Shown here: piece after piece, positions 28,949-42,110 of the stretch | How the letters are laid out: every line of letters starts with the position of its first letter | Numbering within the stretch: the stretch's first letter is position 1 | Source: the human T2T-CHM13v2.0 reference genome, Homo sapiens | Length of the DNA: 64,000 nt | NCBI RefSeq assembly: GCF_009914755.1 | Contig: NC_060931.1 | Direction: 5' to 3' (one strand) | Notes under the pieces: generated by a model | The model's database searches: none | What the model saw: the letters and a program-made list of their open reading frames with translations, nothing else | What the model was told of the DNA's origin: nothing | Program-made: the position numbers and the translations under genes

Positions 28949-29889
28949 GACTAAGTGAAGCAGGTATCCATTACCATTTCCATTTCTTCAACGACTGGTC
29001 TACCCTCTTCTTTCCCAGATAATTCCTTCTCACAGTCCCAGCAATGACTAGTGTGATCCTTACAACTCACCAAGGAGACTGCCATGCCAATGACTAGCAG
29101 GCAGACAACTATAATTGAGCCTTGGTCACTTTGGCAAACAGAATACTAAAGATGTACAGCTATAGGACTCTGCAAAGTCACTCATCATATGACATAAGCC
29201 ACAAACTACCCTTAGTATAATCAAGAGAATTTTAAACTGTTTTAAATTTTAAACTTCTTTTGCATAAAGAAGGATGTGGTATATATTAATTTTTAAAGTG
29301 CATTTAAAAAAATTACCTGGTTTTCCCAAACCAAAAAAAAAAAACAAACAAAGAAAAAATCAGTTGAATAAATTGCATCTGACAGAGCATATCCTTGGAA
29401 AAGGAAATCCCTGCTACCTCCTAAAGAATGTCTTCAACACACACATGAAACCCTTCATAGACACATATGGTATTTAATACATACCTGCTACGGAACAGCT
29501 GATGCTTTTACCTTTTCATGAACTATGAGTCATCCCCCTGCCCTGGAGAAGATTTTCTGAGCTTCATAAATATTGATCATACTCCCTAAATTCTAACAGG
29601 TGGTTTCTTCAAATATGAGTAATACTTCCCAACGTCACCCTTTATTTTCTACATTTAGTCATGATGTATTTGTTGACTACCACAGAAGAAAGAGGTATTC
29701 CATATAAATGAATATTCCGGATCACTGAAACTTAGCCACTTCAAATCCCAAGACATTTATTCATTCAAAAACATTCCTGGACCATGAGCTGGGCCTTGAG
29801 ACTACTACGACCAATTAAGCAAAAAGTGCCCTTAGAATTGCTCATATTCTAATGGATGTTGAATAGAATCTGTCCTAAAATTTATTCCA

Positions 29890-30098
29890 GTCATCTTAAA
29901 AGTGGTGTATGTGAAGAAAAGATTAGAACATCTAATTTAATCTTTATCTTATTTTGGAGTATGTTTTATTATATAAACAATATATTCATTTAATAGCACA
30001 TGCATAAATTATAAATAAATAAAAACACATCTATTGAGAGCGAGCACCCCCAAATTTTTACTGATGGGATGTGCAATTTTCCAAGGTTAGAGACACTG
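29890..30098. mobile_element. MER113-like hAT-Charlie relic (a related, inverted relic lies at ~26745-26960)
   Basis: AT-rich body and terminus TTTTTACTGATGGGATGTGC...AGGTTAGAGACACTG. Confidence 0.45.
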
Positions 30099-30333
30099 AC
30101 TGAACGCCCTCTTCTAGGCCTTCTTTTTAAGACAAGGGGTCAGTCATCCTCATGAACCCTTCCTCAATCACTCACCAGCTGCATGGGCATTTGCTGGAAA
30201 ATTAGAATACACTCTAAGCAGGTCTGGCTGTCAGGGAATTTAGAGATGATTGACCTTTTATTTTACAAAAGAATCAGGGCCCCAATTACTAAGTGACTGC
30301 CTAAGCGGTTTCCCAGTTTGGTGAAGGAGTTAG

Positions 30334-30503
30334 CAATGATTTCCAAAGTGGGAATGTGAGTTAGCATTGCAGTGGGTGGAGCCATGTGAAAACGCAGGAT
30401 CCTGGACTGAGGATACAGATGTTTTTGGTCAGAATCTCCCAGTTTGTTATTTTCAGCAAGCTCCCTGGGTGATTCTCAAACATTCTCTGATTGGAGAACC
30501 GTG
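30334..30503. mobile_element. MER5-like hAT-Charlie MITE
   Basis: CAATGATTTCCAAAGTG...CAGAATCTC...CAGCAAGCTCCCTGGGTGATTCT...TTGGAGAACC. Confidence 0.6.
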
Positions 30504-32549
30504 GGAGTTGGAAGAGGCCGAGGTCTCTGCACGAGCTGGCTCCTTCTCATACGTTGTCTCAGCTTTTAGAGCAGGAACTATGGTGTTCAGTACCACAGCG
30601 AGCCCTCAGGGCTTTCCAGATGTGTTTGACCCGATATATATGGCTGTGGAGAGCTGATTTTGCTAATTCTGGGACCACTTTCTAGGGGCTTGTTTCTGAT
30701 TCTTCCTTTGATGTCAGGCTGTTGGCCATCATTTCTTACTGCCTTCGGTGTTATCCCTACCAATCTGTCTTACCTCCTTTGTTGGCCCCCTCCAATTTTC
30801 TGCTTTTAATTCGTTATGGGCTGAGAGACTATATAAATTGGCTTGTTAGAAGTATGTGTTAATTACAACTCAATCAGACATAGTTAAAGTGCATTGATTT
30901 GTGACTGGTGTTTCCGCTGCTTCGAGCCTGTTTTGCTTCCTTCCTCTTTCTCAAGCTGAATTCCAGAAGGCAGAGGTTGGGGGACGTCTGACCTCTGGTT
31001 AAGTGGGGCACTAGGATATTTACTTTCTTGTCACCTTTCACTGCTGTCAAAGCTCAGAGTCTGGTTGGCCCCCAGAGGAGCCAGTGTGCCTAATGATTCA
31101 GGACACCTGGGTCGACCCACTCCTCCATTTCTCTAAGCTCAAAGTGATTTACAGGAAGAACAGGAAGAGGGGATAGGAACCAGAAGCAAGAGGAAAGGCC
31201 CACTCTCCAGGGTGGACCAGGAAGTAGGAATCAGCTTCTCTGACAGACACACTAATTTCCAGTTCAAGAAGAGTCTAGGTCTGTCTCCCTCTAAGAGCTG
31301 CTGGGGCATCTCAGCCATGAAATGCCACATTAGGCAGCAAGGTTTCATCTGGCTGTGGGTGAGGAGGCATCTCTAGCCTAGAAGGCATAATCAATATATT
31401 TAACACTAAAGTTCATTCCATTCAAAAATACTGCTAGTTTCTAAAACATTTTCAACATATAATAATATCCTTATAGCCTAACCTTTATTTGGCTGTGATG
31501 CGATTGTTGAATGACATCAGGACAATTAGAAAGATCATAAAATTTTCATCTTCATCTTATATTAGGAAATAAAAATTAATTATCCTCACAATGCCCCAGG
31601 ATCCTTCACTCTCCCTTCATTATACACAAACATACAATCTTCTGAGTGAAGAAAGCTCTCTGTCTTTACAAAGTTATAAAATGACAAAAATCAACCCAAA
31701 GTCAAATGTTATTTTATTTCATGGGGTTCTGGGCTTCTTGTGAGCTAATAATGTCTTGTTTTTTCCAGAAAAAAAAAATAATGTCTTTAGCTAATATCCC
31801 AGGTCAGGACATGCTTGACTGAAGATGAAGTGTGTGTTAATTTTGTTAAAAATGGGGTTTTGAGAAGAGGCAAAAAGCAAAAGGTACTTGTACACAGGGA
31901 GGGATCACACTGATCCATTTTCAGTGCTTAATTACAAATCTGCTCCAACTAATTTCCTTATTGTGCCCACAGCTGCTATTCTTTTGTCACCAGTTTATTT
32001 TTCTTTGAAAATCTGAAAAGCATCAAGGCTCACCCTGAAAGGCATCAGAAGCAGAACTGAGGTCCCAGATGCCCCATTACTGGTCTCGTTTGCAGGCCTG
32101 TTTGGTTGTTTATGTCTTGCATTCAAATCATTTATTTTGTTCAGACCCTCTTTTGCTTTGAAAATGACTTTAGGACACTGAACCGCTTTTATCACTCAAC
32201 CGTTTGCTTGCTGGGTAACAGGAACATCCTGGTTTAATTAACATCATAACTTCTCAATAATCTCTAGGCAGGTCTTGTTCGGTAAATATCAAAAAGTTTA
32301 GAGTTCCAAAGACTTTCACAATGACCCAGGGGTCTGAGTATCTTTGTTGGAAAGAAAAAAAATGTTGCTCATATGAAGTCATAGTGATTTTGGAAGATTT
32401 TCATCTGTAAGTTTTCATGTCATATAGAATGGCTTGGAACTTGCAAAGGCTTTGCTTTCTCAGCCAGGAAGATTGGCTGCTAAAAGCAGCTAAGGCACTT
32501 GGTGGGTTGAGGGTGCTGGGGTATTAGTAAAATACACTATATTGCAAGC

Positions 32550-32770
32550 AGCATGGTAGAAAGCTTAAATGTTTGTTCCCAAGAGGCAGAGAGACCTAGG
32601 TTCAAATCCTGGCTTAGGCAAGTTATCTTAACCTCTTGAGGCTCAATGCTCCCAAATGTAAAAGAGAAATGAGTAGCATCTGACTTCTAGGGTTGTAATG
32701 AGAATTACATTAGCTAATGCTTGGAAAGCACTCCAACTCAGTAAACAAGAGCTCTCATTATTACCATTAT
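32550..32770 (+). mobile_element. MIR
   Basis: GACCTAGGTTCAAATCCTGGC...AGGCAAGTTATCTTAACCTCTTGAGGCTCA. Confidence 0.75.
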
Positions 32771-32904
32771 TAATATTTGTTTCTTGTAAGAAGAGCTTAG
32801 TTGTTTGGCTGAATATTTCTGGTTTTTTTCTGGTTAATATCAGTATTGTGAAAAACAATGTAAGCTGATCTCAAGTGAAAATTGTTATGTTAACTAATCT
32901 AGGT

Positions 32905-33034
32905 AGGGTGACTATATAATTTGTGGTCCTAACCAAGACATTTTAAGAATGAAATTGTGCACTATTAATAATTATGCCAGGACAATAGGCACAAATCAGG
33001 ACCATCCCAGGCAAACCATAACATATTCATCCCT
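32905..33034. mobile_element. MER94 (hAT-Blackjack) MITE
   Basis: AGGGTGACTATATAATTT...CTATTAATAATTATGCCAGGACAA...ATTCATCCCT; ~130 bp. Confidence 0.75.
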
Positions 33035-33064
33035 TGCCGTAAGGAATCTCAAACCAAAAAATTA

Positions 33065-33250
33065 TTAGAACTGAAGATAACCTTAGATATTTTCTAGTTC
33101 AATGCTCCAGTTTTACAGTTGAGGAAAATGAAGTCCAGAGCAGTGAAATAACTTACCCAAGGTCACACAGCTAGTAATTGAAAACCAGGGTCTGGAATTC
33201 CAGTCTTTTAATTTTAACTCCAGTGACTGTTCCACAGTATGGCTCTGCTT
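33065..33250 (-). mobile_element. MIR
   Basis: TTTTACAGTTGAGGAAAATGAAGTCCAGAGCAGTGAAATAACTTACCCAAGGTCACACAGCTAGTAA. Confidence 0.8.
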
Positions 33251-34519
33251 TCTAATGTCTTTAGCAAGGCTGGGGACTATTTTCCTCCTGTTTCTTCTTC
33301 AGGAAGGATCTCAAGCCATCCTACTTTGTTTTCTTCCCTCCACTTTACACCAGAACAGATGACGGCCTGTACAAAACAATCTTCTTAAAAGAAAGCTTGT
33401 CATTTTTCTAACCTAAATCCCTCATGCTGTTGTTAAAAGCTATTGTCCCTTTTTATTTATTCAGTCATGAGTTGAGAAAGAAAAAGAGCAACTGTTCCCC
33501 CTTCTATAAAGGAAATTATTTTTGGTCACTCTCAATTATTCTGTTTCATTTTCCCTTGGGATTAAAGATTTAGTTCTAAACCAGAATGCCCTTTTGAATG
33601 ATTTTTTCCAAAACCTATCACCAGAAAACTTTTGCATCTAAGACCCCTGGAAATTATACATGTGAACGTACATCTTTATCCCTGTAAATTATACCACACG
33701 TATAATATTGTCATGAATAGATCTCAGAAGCTCTCATTTTAGGTGATTTTGTTGCATTATTTAGACAAAGCAAATATTCCGTAGACAGGATTTGACTTTA
33801 AAGAGATGAGAGAGCCAGATGACCAGAAATCACACATGTCAGGCCTTCCTGAGGTATATCACCAGCCTCTCTCTTTAATGAAGACCACATTTTATAACAA
33901 TGCTCCTATACAAATGCAAATTTATGGAGATTGTTTATTTAGACTCTCGCTTTTGTACATCAATCTCCATGTTCCATCCTCCTCTCCTTTTTGCTTTGAA
34001 AGAGATAACGTGGTTATTCAGGTCATATCTCTCCAGGTTTTATGGTCTGGCATGCCCATAAAGATGACAGGAGGTGCATTTCGCAGGCAGCAGCCTTCCT
34101 CTCCCCAGGCTGTCTTGTGTTGTAGACCAGGTACCAAAGCAACTGCTACAGGATGGGTCCATACTTTCCTCCTGGATTTGTGGTTCATTGATGAACAAGG
34201 CATGAAGCCAGACAGTCATGAAGCTCCCAGACCCTACTGAGCATTGGCTGGGTGGAACAGCCAATGAATACCCTTAAAAGTTATCTTAACACACCGCCTC
34301 TACACAGTATGTTTGTTATGCACATAGATTTATCTCTAAGAGTTAAAATATGTGAGACTCTTTCTACATCTCTGATTAAAAGCCCATTTTTGAAAGAAGG
34401 GGCTAAGATATGTAGATGGCAAACTGTGTATTTACTCAGAACCTGGTCAGAAATGAATGAGAACTCAAAACCATCCATGCAGAACAGATACCAGCTTCAT
34501 GATACCATTTAAGCAGGCA

Positions 34520-34740
34520 ATATAAGTTGTGGTTAAGAGTGCAGACTAATGTCAGAGGTGAGTTCAAGCCCAGTCTCTACCACCATGTGACTTCAGGCAA
34601 GTTACTTATTCTCTCTCTGCCTCAGTTTCCTAATCTGTAAATTAGGAATAATAAAGAGTATCTGCCTCATGGGATTGCTATGAAAAGTAAATACTATGAG
34701 GTATGTAAGTCACTTATCATAGTAATTGGCACATTGGAAG
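34520..34740 (+). mobile_element. MIR (MIRb-like)
   Basis: GTGGTTAAGAGTGCAGACT...TGTGACTTCAGGCAAGTTACTT...CTCAGTTTCCTAATCTGTAAA. Confidence 0.8.
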
Positions 34741-34774
34741 GACAAAAGAAACTTTTGCAACAATTTTCTTTTTT

Positions 34775-34952
34775 ATATAATAATGAAAGTTATCTGATAT
34801 ACATACATATATAGTTTGTTGTTTTATATATATAGTATATCATAGAGCATGTTTTGGAAGGAAAAGTTAACACAAGAAATATACATATATATAGTTTCAA
34901 GAACTATATATATATGTGTGTGTGTATATATATATACATTTATATATAGTTT
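34775..34952. repeat. Degenerate (TA)n/(TG)n low-complexity tract
   Basis: Repeated TACATATATAGTTT motifs and TATATATGTGTGTG. Confidence 0.7.
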
Positions 34953-36353
34953 GTTTAATAGAAGGCAGCAGAGAAGTTCAGGCTATGGTTAGAGCCAGCA
35001 GAAAGTGAGAGACGAGGACAATGATTTTAAGAACCGAGTGGCAGGCACAACAAGAGACAGAGACAAATGATGATGTAGACATGTGATGCCACATGGCTAA
35101 GCAAGAGCAATAGGACAGTAAGGAAAGGGCATAGTCAAAAATGCCAGTATGATCAGGATCATGTGTGGCAGGCCAGGCTGGTGCGGCATTTGATAAAGTG
35201 GCCCTATCTCTATAGCAAGATCTTGTAGCACCTCTTGTGAAGGGTTGCCTGAGGGCTCATCAGGGACCTCAGCCTCCAGAACCTAGGAGGAGAGGGGAAT
35301 CTTCCCAGGATCACCAGGTGTTCCTCCGTAGAGAAGTCAGTAAGCAGGATGTATCTGCCTGTGCATCAGACCTTCATGTGCCCCCATCCCCACACTATAA
35401 CCTCAGCCACAGAGAAACTGCAGCCCTGTGTGTTTATGAAAACCCCAGGGCCCAATGCATCTGGTTTTCAGCCATGGAGCTGGAAAGCAGAGCTACCCTG
35501 CCATGCTCTGCATCGGTCTGCACTCCATCCAACAGCTAAGAGAGTCAGGGCGGGCTCGAGTTTCATGGCCAGGCACTGAGGCCCTCCAGGTAAATTCCAA
35601 CTGGTCCATTTCATGTGAAATGTTCCAGCTTGACCAAGAGTCGCTGACCTCGAGAGCAGTCGTTTAACCTCCATTACTTGGTTTATATTGGTAATATTTA
35701 CATTGGGAACTTGATTAAAGCTGACCTTTGGTGAAAACGGAATCCAATATGTATTAGAAAACTCCCCGCCTTCTCCAGCCGTGTCAGGAGTCATCTGTTC
35801 CACGTCTCCCCTAATTGGCTGACTGCATCCACCTCTCTCACTGAATGTGTGCAATACTTTCCATTTGGTTTTGTGCCTTTGTCCCTCACTAGCACATTTG
35901 AAAGTTAACCAGGCTAGGAGCCGCTGCCTGGTTGAGGTTGAGGACAGAGTTAGTCTGTCATAAGTAGATCCTATTCATCACAAGGTGCAGAGAAGGCACT
36001 GAATGTCTCCTGGCCTTCCTGCTCTAAGGAACCTTGCCCCAGTGTGAAGTGATCCAGATGTCTCAACTCCTACCTTTACAAGGATAACTGAGTCCCCTGG
36101 GGAAGGAAGGTAGTGGCCATTGACTCAGGATAAAACTCCTCTTCCTACATGAAAATGTTATCTGTATTGCTTTTCAGATCAATAGATCCATAAAATTGAA
36201 AAGGAGGATACTTGATGAAATGTTTGTTTGCTGACATGTCCAGAAATTGCTCCTTACCACTGAATCAGTTCAGCAAGTATTTATCAATTACCTCTTTAAA
36301 ATGCTGGACAGTCTGGGAGTCGATATACCTTCAAGGAACTTTAAATCTGAGGG

Positions 36354-36354
<1 letters not shown>

Positions 36355-36396
<42 letters not shown>
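36355..36396. repeat. (TG)21 microsatellite
   Basis: Perfect alternating TG for 42 bp. Confidence 0.97.
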
Positions 36397-36399
<3 letters not shown>

Positions 36400-37572
36400 G
36401 GAGTGGAGGCATGAATAGGAAACATATCTACACACAGAAGTTAAATAACAATCTCAGGTGATGAAAACACTATTGGCCCGTGCATCAAGATTCCTGGCTT
36501 TGCCACGAACTAGCTTTAATGCCCTTAGTAAGTCACACAACCTCTTGGGTTTCAAGGACATCCGCAGTAACGTGGAAGCCTTGGCCCAGAAGGTAAATTA
36601 GGTAAATTTCAGCTTGACAATATTCTGTGACTCCATCAACAAAGAACAACATAAGGAATGTCACAGACTGAATGTGATGAAGATACAAACGCCCAGTTGA
36701 TTCAAGAGAAGGAGAAGCCATGGGTCACTGGCAGGCATAGAGCACAGAGGCACTGGGAAGAGGGTAACAGCACAGAGCATGAGCAATCTGGGAACACTGG
36801 TCCTGTAGCCTTGGGTTTATGGTTCCTGCTACAACTACGTAGTATGAGGCACAGACAGCTCAATATTCCCAATAGAATGGATTTCCTTTTGCAGAGATTA
36901 GGGGTAAACCTTTCAAATATGGACTGTTTTTCCTGTCTCAAGCATGCAATTTTATATCATTCTTATCACAATCCTGTGAAACTGGAATGATTATTCCCAC
37001 TTTCCAGATAAAGTTGGAGACTGAGAGAGTTAATTTCCTCTGATCACATAGAGAATAGAACCAGGATGTAAACTTAACTCTGTTCATTCTAAAGCCCATA
37101 CTCTGGTCTGGTGCAGACCCAGCCCTCTGTGTTCCCCAAGGAGTCAGTCCAAGTTACACCAGTTTGCTATACTAAAGGAGACAGGTGAGGAACACTAGCT
37201 GTCAGTGTTACTCACCTTGAGCACCACTCACTGAAAAAAACAATAGGTGCATGAGCATCCAATCTACCCTCCTACAAAATGAAAGGGCCTGAGCATCTCC
37301 AGAAGGCAGGAACAAACAAATGTCTGGAAAGAAATAAAATGAGTATGCATAGCAACAATTTAAAAGACTATATTGAGAGGAAGAAAGGCCACCAAATGAA
37401 AACTATTTGGGGAGCTAGAGCCTTGTCTTTGAACCCAGGAGGCTGTTGGGTGTACCCTACACGATGTAAGGAGGCAAGGAGATTTCTCCCCATTCCTTCT
37501 CTCCAGTCCACCTGGCAAAAGCAGCCACTTGCAGTTTGGGCTGTCAAGGTCAAGGCCTAAAGAAAAGGTAGT

Positions 37573-37710
37573 ACAAAGAAATGATAAATGTTTGAGGTGA
37601 TGGAGATACTAATTACCCTGACATGATCGTTACACAATGTATACATATGTCAAACATCACATTCTACGCCCATAAACATGTACAATTATTATGTGTCAAA
37701 GAAAAAATAA
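37573..37710 (+). mobile_element. L1MA-type 3' end fragment with residual TSD
   Basis: ATGATAAATGTTTGAGGTGATGGAGATACTAATTACCCTGA...TACAATTATTATGTGTCAA plus A-rich tail. TSD AAAGAA(A/G)AGG(T/C)AGT at 37559-37572 and 37711-37724. Confidence 0.8.
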
Positions 37711-40139
37711 AAAGAAGAGGCAGTGACTCCTCTTGAAGTCACCTTGACCATATTTTCCCCAGCAAGCTCCCCACTGGGGGCAGGACACCCCAAGTGGTGT
37801 TGACACAGTCCCACTCTGCAGTCCCTTTGGAAGCTGGGAGCCCAGGAGCAGAGCATGAGTGCTGGAACCAAGATGGCACTAACTTGGGGGTAGGCTTCGG
37901 GCACTGGAAGCCAACCCCACAAACAACAGAAGGAAATATCAAATTATTGGGAATCATGTGATAAATTAAAATTTCTTTTCAAGATAATGTTCTTTTTTCT
38001 ATTTCTAGCCAAAGAATCTCTTTTCCCTTATCTAAACAATCAGAGAATTTGGTTCCCTCAAGTCTCAACCTTCCCTGTGAAGGTTATTATTGGCTCGGTT
38101 AAACAAAGTACTTGTTTATAATAGATATAAGAGATGACGAAGTCGTTTTGAAATTACACAGTTGTTGTAATAAAACCAGTTAAAACCTTATTTAAAAAAT
38201 GTCACAGCTGGTCAAATGTATTAATGGCATATGGTTTAGTTTTCTCTTTTTTTTTCCCGCAGAACAATATGTGCATTGTCATTTCACAGAGTGAGTAGAG
38301 GATTAATGGAGCAAGATAAACTTTCTGCTTGCTGTTCTTATAGACAATCTACACTTTCATTAACTGACTCAAGCTTTATTTATCCCTTTCTATGTCTCAT
38401 CTTCCCTGGCTTGCCATTTTCTTCCCCAAAGCACCCAATTACAGAATTCCTAAAATTCCGGGTAATGTAAGAGATGAATATTATATCATATAAAGCATGT
38501 TTTAGAAGGAGAAATTAATGCAGAAAGTACACACTACATAAACAAAATGCCCACAACTGGCAGACATAATTATTTTTTCTCCTGTTGATATTACCAACTG
38601 TAATAATAAAGTCAAAAATGTGCCCTAAAACATAATATTTCAGCTGCATGTAGTCATCATACCAGCAAAGAACATAATTGCATTATTTGTCCCCTCTGAA
38701 ATCTCTCACTCATAGCTATACCTTTCCCAAGATCTCCTATTAGAGAATTATTTGGCTGTTTCCAAAAGTAACGCATTGACTGAAGTTTTGAAGTCTGGAC
38801 TTGCCAACTTAGCTGTACCTGTTCACATGGGTCATCTCAGAATTGTGCCTGGATTCTGCCTGGAGCTTGGAGATGCCATCTCTAATCTACAACCCTGCCA
38901 TGTATTTGTTTTTTGTCATAAATGAAGCATGGGGCTGTGCTTTAATTTTCCTTACTGCCCTCTGTCAAGTAATAACCATAAATATTGTCCTGAATCATTA
39001 AGTCACAACCTGAAATGTGATCCTGCCCAGCTCCCAATCAGACGGCCATCTGGAAGATGAAAGAAGTCTATTTGGGTTTCGGAATGATCCAGACTCTAAT
39101 TTGTAGTAACAGTCTTAACAGGCTGTTTCAGAGACATTAACCAGCAACTTGTCTCAAGTTCTCAAGGAAGGCACATTGTCCACAGTTGGAGGCATTTGCT
39201 TCAAGCAGAACCGTGAACTGTAACTGTTGGAAAACCACCAGGCTCACTGGCTTTCAATCAAATGCCACATTCTTCCATGGACACTGGATTTCTACCCAAG
39301 GGCAAGAATATATGCATAGAGCAAATGCATACATAATATATCTCCAAATATTCTCTATGTCATAAGGAAAGCAAACATTTCAATACAGGAAAACAAATTG
39401 CAGCTTCTACAAGCAAACAACAATGCAACATGATAGATACATAATTTTTCCTATCACCCCAAGGTTACTCTTGCAGGGAAAATAAATTGTACTCTGATTT
39501 TGCCATAGAAATAATTTTGTAAACATAAAAAGAAAGTCACTATCTAAAGTCTAAAAACATATGCTTAGATATGAGTGCAGTACTGATTAAAAGGACGGTT
39601 GGTCAAACAATTTTTTTAACTATCTGAGCTTCCTGATCATTAGAGATGCAAACAGTATCAATAGGAGATGCCTTTCCATTTCTACTTGACTTTGGATTGG
39701 AAAACCAAGTAGAGAAAACAACTGTGAAAAATTATGCTTCTTCTCCAAGTTATACCTAGCACTGTTCTCTCTACGGAGTGAGTTGAATTTAATTTTTGAG
39801 CATTGAAAATACACGTAAAAATTAAATGAAGATATTCACTCATAAATAAATGATATTTTAGGCAAGTATGTCAATGGTGACTCTGAGAGAACTAAACAAA
39901 TGCTAATGAACACAAGAGAGTTTCTTTTCAGCCTTCAGGGAAGGAAATTTCACGCCAACTTTCAGAAACCCTCTTTTTTGCCTCAAAATTTGGTTTGGCA
40001 CCCCTCACTTTCAGTAATTAAAAATATTTATTAATTATTCATTAAAATTAGTGGCATAAAAAAGATAGATTAGAAGAAATTTAATTGTATTTAACAGCCT
40101 TATTTGAGCCTTTGAACAAATCAATTATTAAAAAGTCCA

Positions 40140-40480
40140 TGATATGAGAGAATCTGATCATGGGCTGGGTATTAGATAATATTAAGGAATTATTACTACT
40201 CTTGTCAGATGTGATAGCATCATAGCAATTTTAAAAGTCCTTATCCTTCAGAGATACATACTTAAGTATTCATGAGTGAAATGATATGGTGGCTGAGATT
40301 TGCTTTAAAATAATAGGTGATAGATGTAATGTAGGCAGATGAAATAAATAATACTAGGTAGATGATACAAGACTGGCAAAATATTAATACGTATTAAAGA
40401 GGAGTGGTAGATACCTAAAATTCATCATCTTTTTTTTCTACTTTCATCTATACTTAAAATTTTTCTATTAAAAAATATTT
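40140..40480 (+). mobile_element. L1ME-type 3' fragment
   Basis: GGGTATTAGATAATATTAAGGAATTATT...GAGATACATACTTAAGTATT...GATTTGCTTTAAAATAAT. Confidence 0.65.
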
Positions 40481-40503
40481 TTTAGCATATTGAGAACCTA
40501 AAG

Positions 40504-40680
40504 CAGTGGTTCTCAACCGGGGTGATTTCTGGCTACTACAATTGAGGAGGCAGGGTGGTACCAGCATCTAGTGAGTAGAGGCCAGGGATGCCGCTACACA
40601 TCCTGCTATGCACAGGACAGACCCACAGCAAGGAATTACTCAGCCCCAAATGTCAATGGTGCAGAGGTTGAGAAAACCTG
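40504..40680. mobile_element. MER20 (hAT-Charlie), internally deleted
   Basis: CAGTGGTTCTCAACCGGGGTGATTT...GCATCTAGTGAGTAGAGGCCAGGGATGCCGCT...AGGTTGAGAAAACCTG. Confidence 0.85.
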
Positions 40681-40996
40681 GCCTGGACAATGTCTTGTTA
40701 GGATGGAGTTGATACATGGGTAAAATATAGTCACTGCCTTCATGGAGTTTACCATCTTCCAAAAAGAAGAAAACAAATAACTATCCTACAAGGCACCCTG
40801 CACCTGTCTTCTATCACATCTCTTTGTCAGTGACTTCCAGGAGGGATGGAAGGAAGATGAACTCCTTATAGTCAGGGGTTCAAAGGCAGTGCTTTTCGTT
40901 ATTACTTACTTACAACACTAGCCTCTGGAAATAAGATTTTTAAAAGGTCTTTGATAGGAAGGTAATTTAATGGGTTACATTTTAGATAAAGATTGG

Positions 40997-41380
40997 TATA
41001 TACACAGTGGAATACTACTAAGCCATAAAAAAGAAGAATGAAATAATGTCTTTTGCAGCAACTTGGATAAAGCTAGAGGCAATTATTCTAAGTGAAGTAA
41101 CTCAGGAATGGAAAACCAAATCCCATATGTTCTCACTTATAAATGGGAGCTAAGCTATGGGTATCCAAAGGCAGACAGAGTGGTATAATGGACTTTGGAG
41201 ACTCCAAAAAGGGAAGACAGGAAATGCCATGAGGGATTTTTAAAAAACTACACATTGGGTACAATGTACACCACTCGGGTGATGGGTGCACTAAAATCTC
41301 AGACTTTATAGTAATTGTATTTACTATACAATTAATCTATGTAAGCAAAAACCACTTGTGCTCTAAAACTTTTTTAAAAA
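40997..41380 (+). mobile_element. L1PB (L1PB3/4-like) 3' end fragment
   Basis: GGAATACTACTAAGCCATAAAAAAGAA...GAGCTAAGCTATGGGTATCCAAAGGCAGACAGAGTGGTATAATGGACTTTGGAGACTC. Probable TSD AT(A/T)AAGATTGG on both sides. Confidence 0.8.
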
Positions 41381-41904
41381 ATTAAGATTGGAAGGGAAGT
41401 TGTTCTAAACAAAGAGAATAGAGAGTACAGAATGCAAGGGTGTGGAGGTAGTGGAAACTACAATTGGGAGAAATCTCTGATGAGCCTGAAAAGGAAGCGT
41501 CTCCAAGGCACACAGGCAGAGGCATTGGTCTTTGTACTTTCTGTGTAGAGAAGTTGTTCTGGTGTCCTCTCTCCCCCAAGCTACTAGGAAGCATAGTTAT
41601 AAACATTCCCTTTCACCTCTCCAAATGAGGACATTGCATGCTCGGGACGGAGGAATGGGCCTGCACACCACGGAGGCGTCCGTGCAGAGGAGGGATCAGA
41701 AATAACTGGATCATTTCCACCAGCCGCCCAACACTAAACCCACTGAAACCAAGCCACCAGCACTCCCTTATCTCTTCCAGGGAAAGTGTGCAGAAGTGTC
41801 CGCTTATTTTTAGAAGCCACTCAGCCACAGAACAGGTGTCCATAAGAAGAGGAGTGATTGTTCGTGTGGCTAAGTGGCGAGGAGAGAGTCACATCCATGG
41901 AGGG

Positions 41905-42110
41905 CCTGATGTGCCAGGCCTTGTCCTAGACACCTCTTATGAAACATCACCTTTAATCCACACACCAGCCCTGAGAGGTAGGTGGCATGAGCCCCACTGC
42001 ACAGATAAAGACACTGCAACATGCTGAGAAATTGTGGCTTTTCTCAAGGTCCTGCAGCTCCTAAGCGGCATGTTTGGGATTCAGAGCCAGAACTCTCTGA
42101 TTCTAAAGCC
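41905..42110 (-). mobile_element. MIR
   Basis: ATGTGCCAGGC...TTTAATCCACAC...CCCTGAGAGGTAGG...ACAGATAAAGACACTG. Confidence 0.65.

Noticed and set aside
33806-34240. 144-aa ATG-initiated ORF
   Set aside because: No recognisable homology or motif, and no supporting gene structure; length is within chance range for 64 kb.
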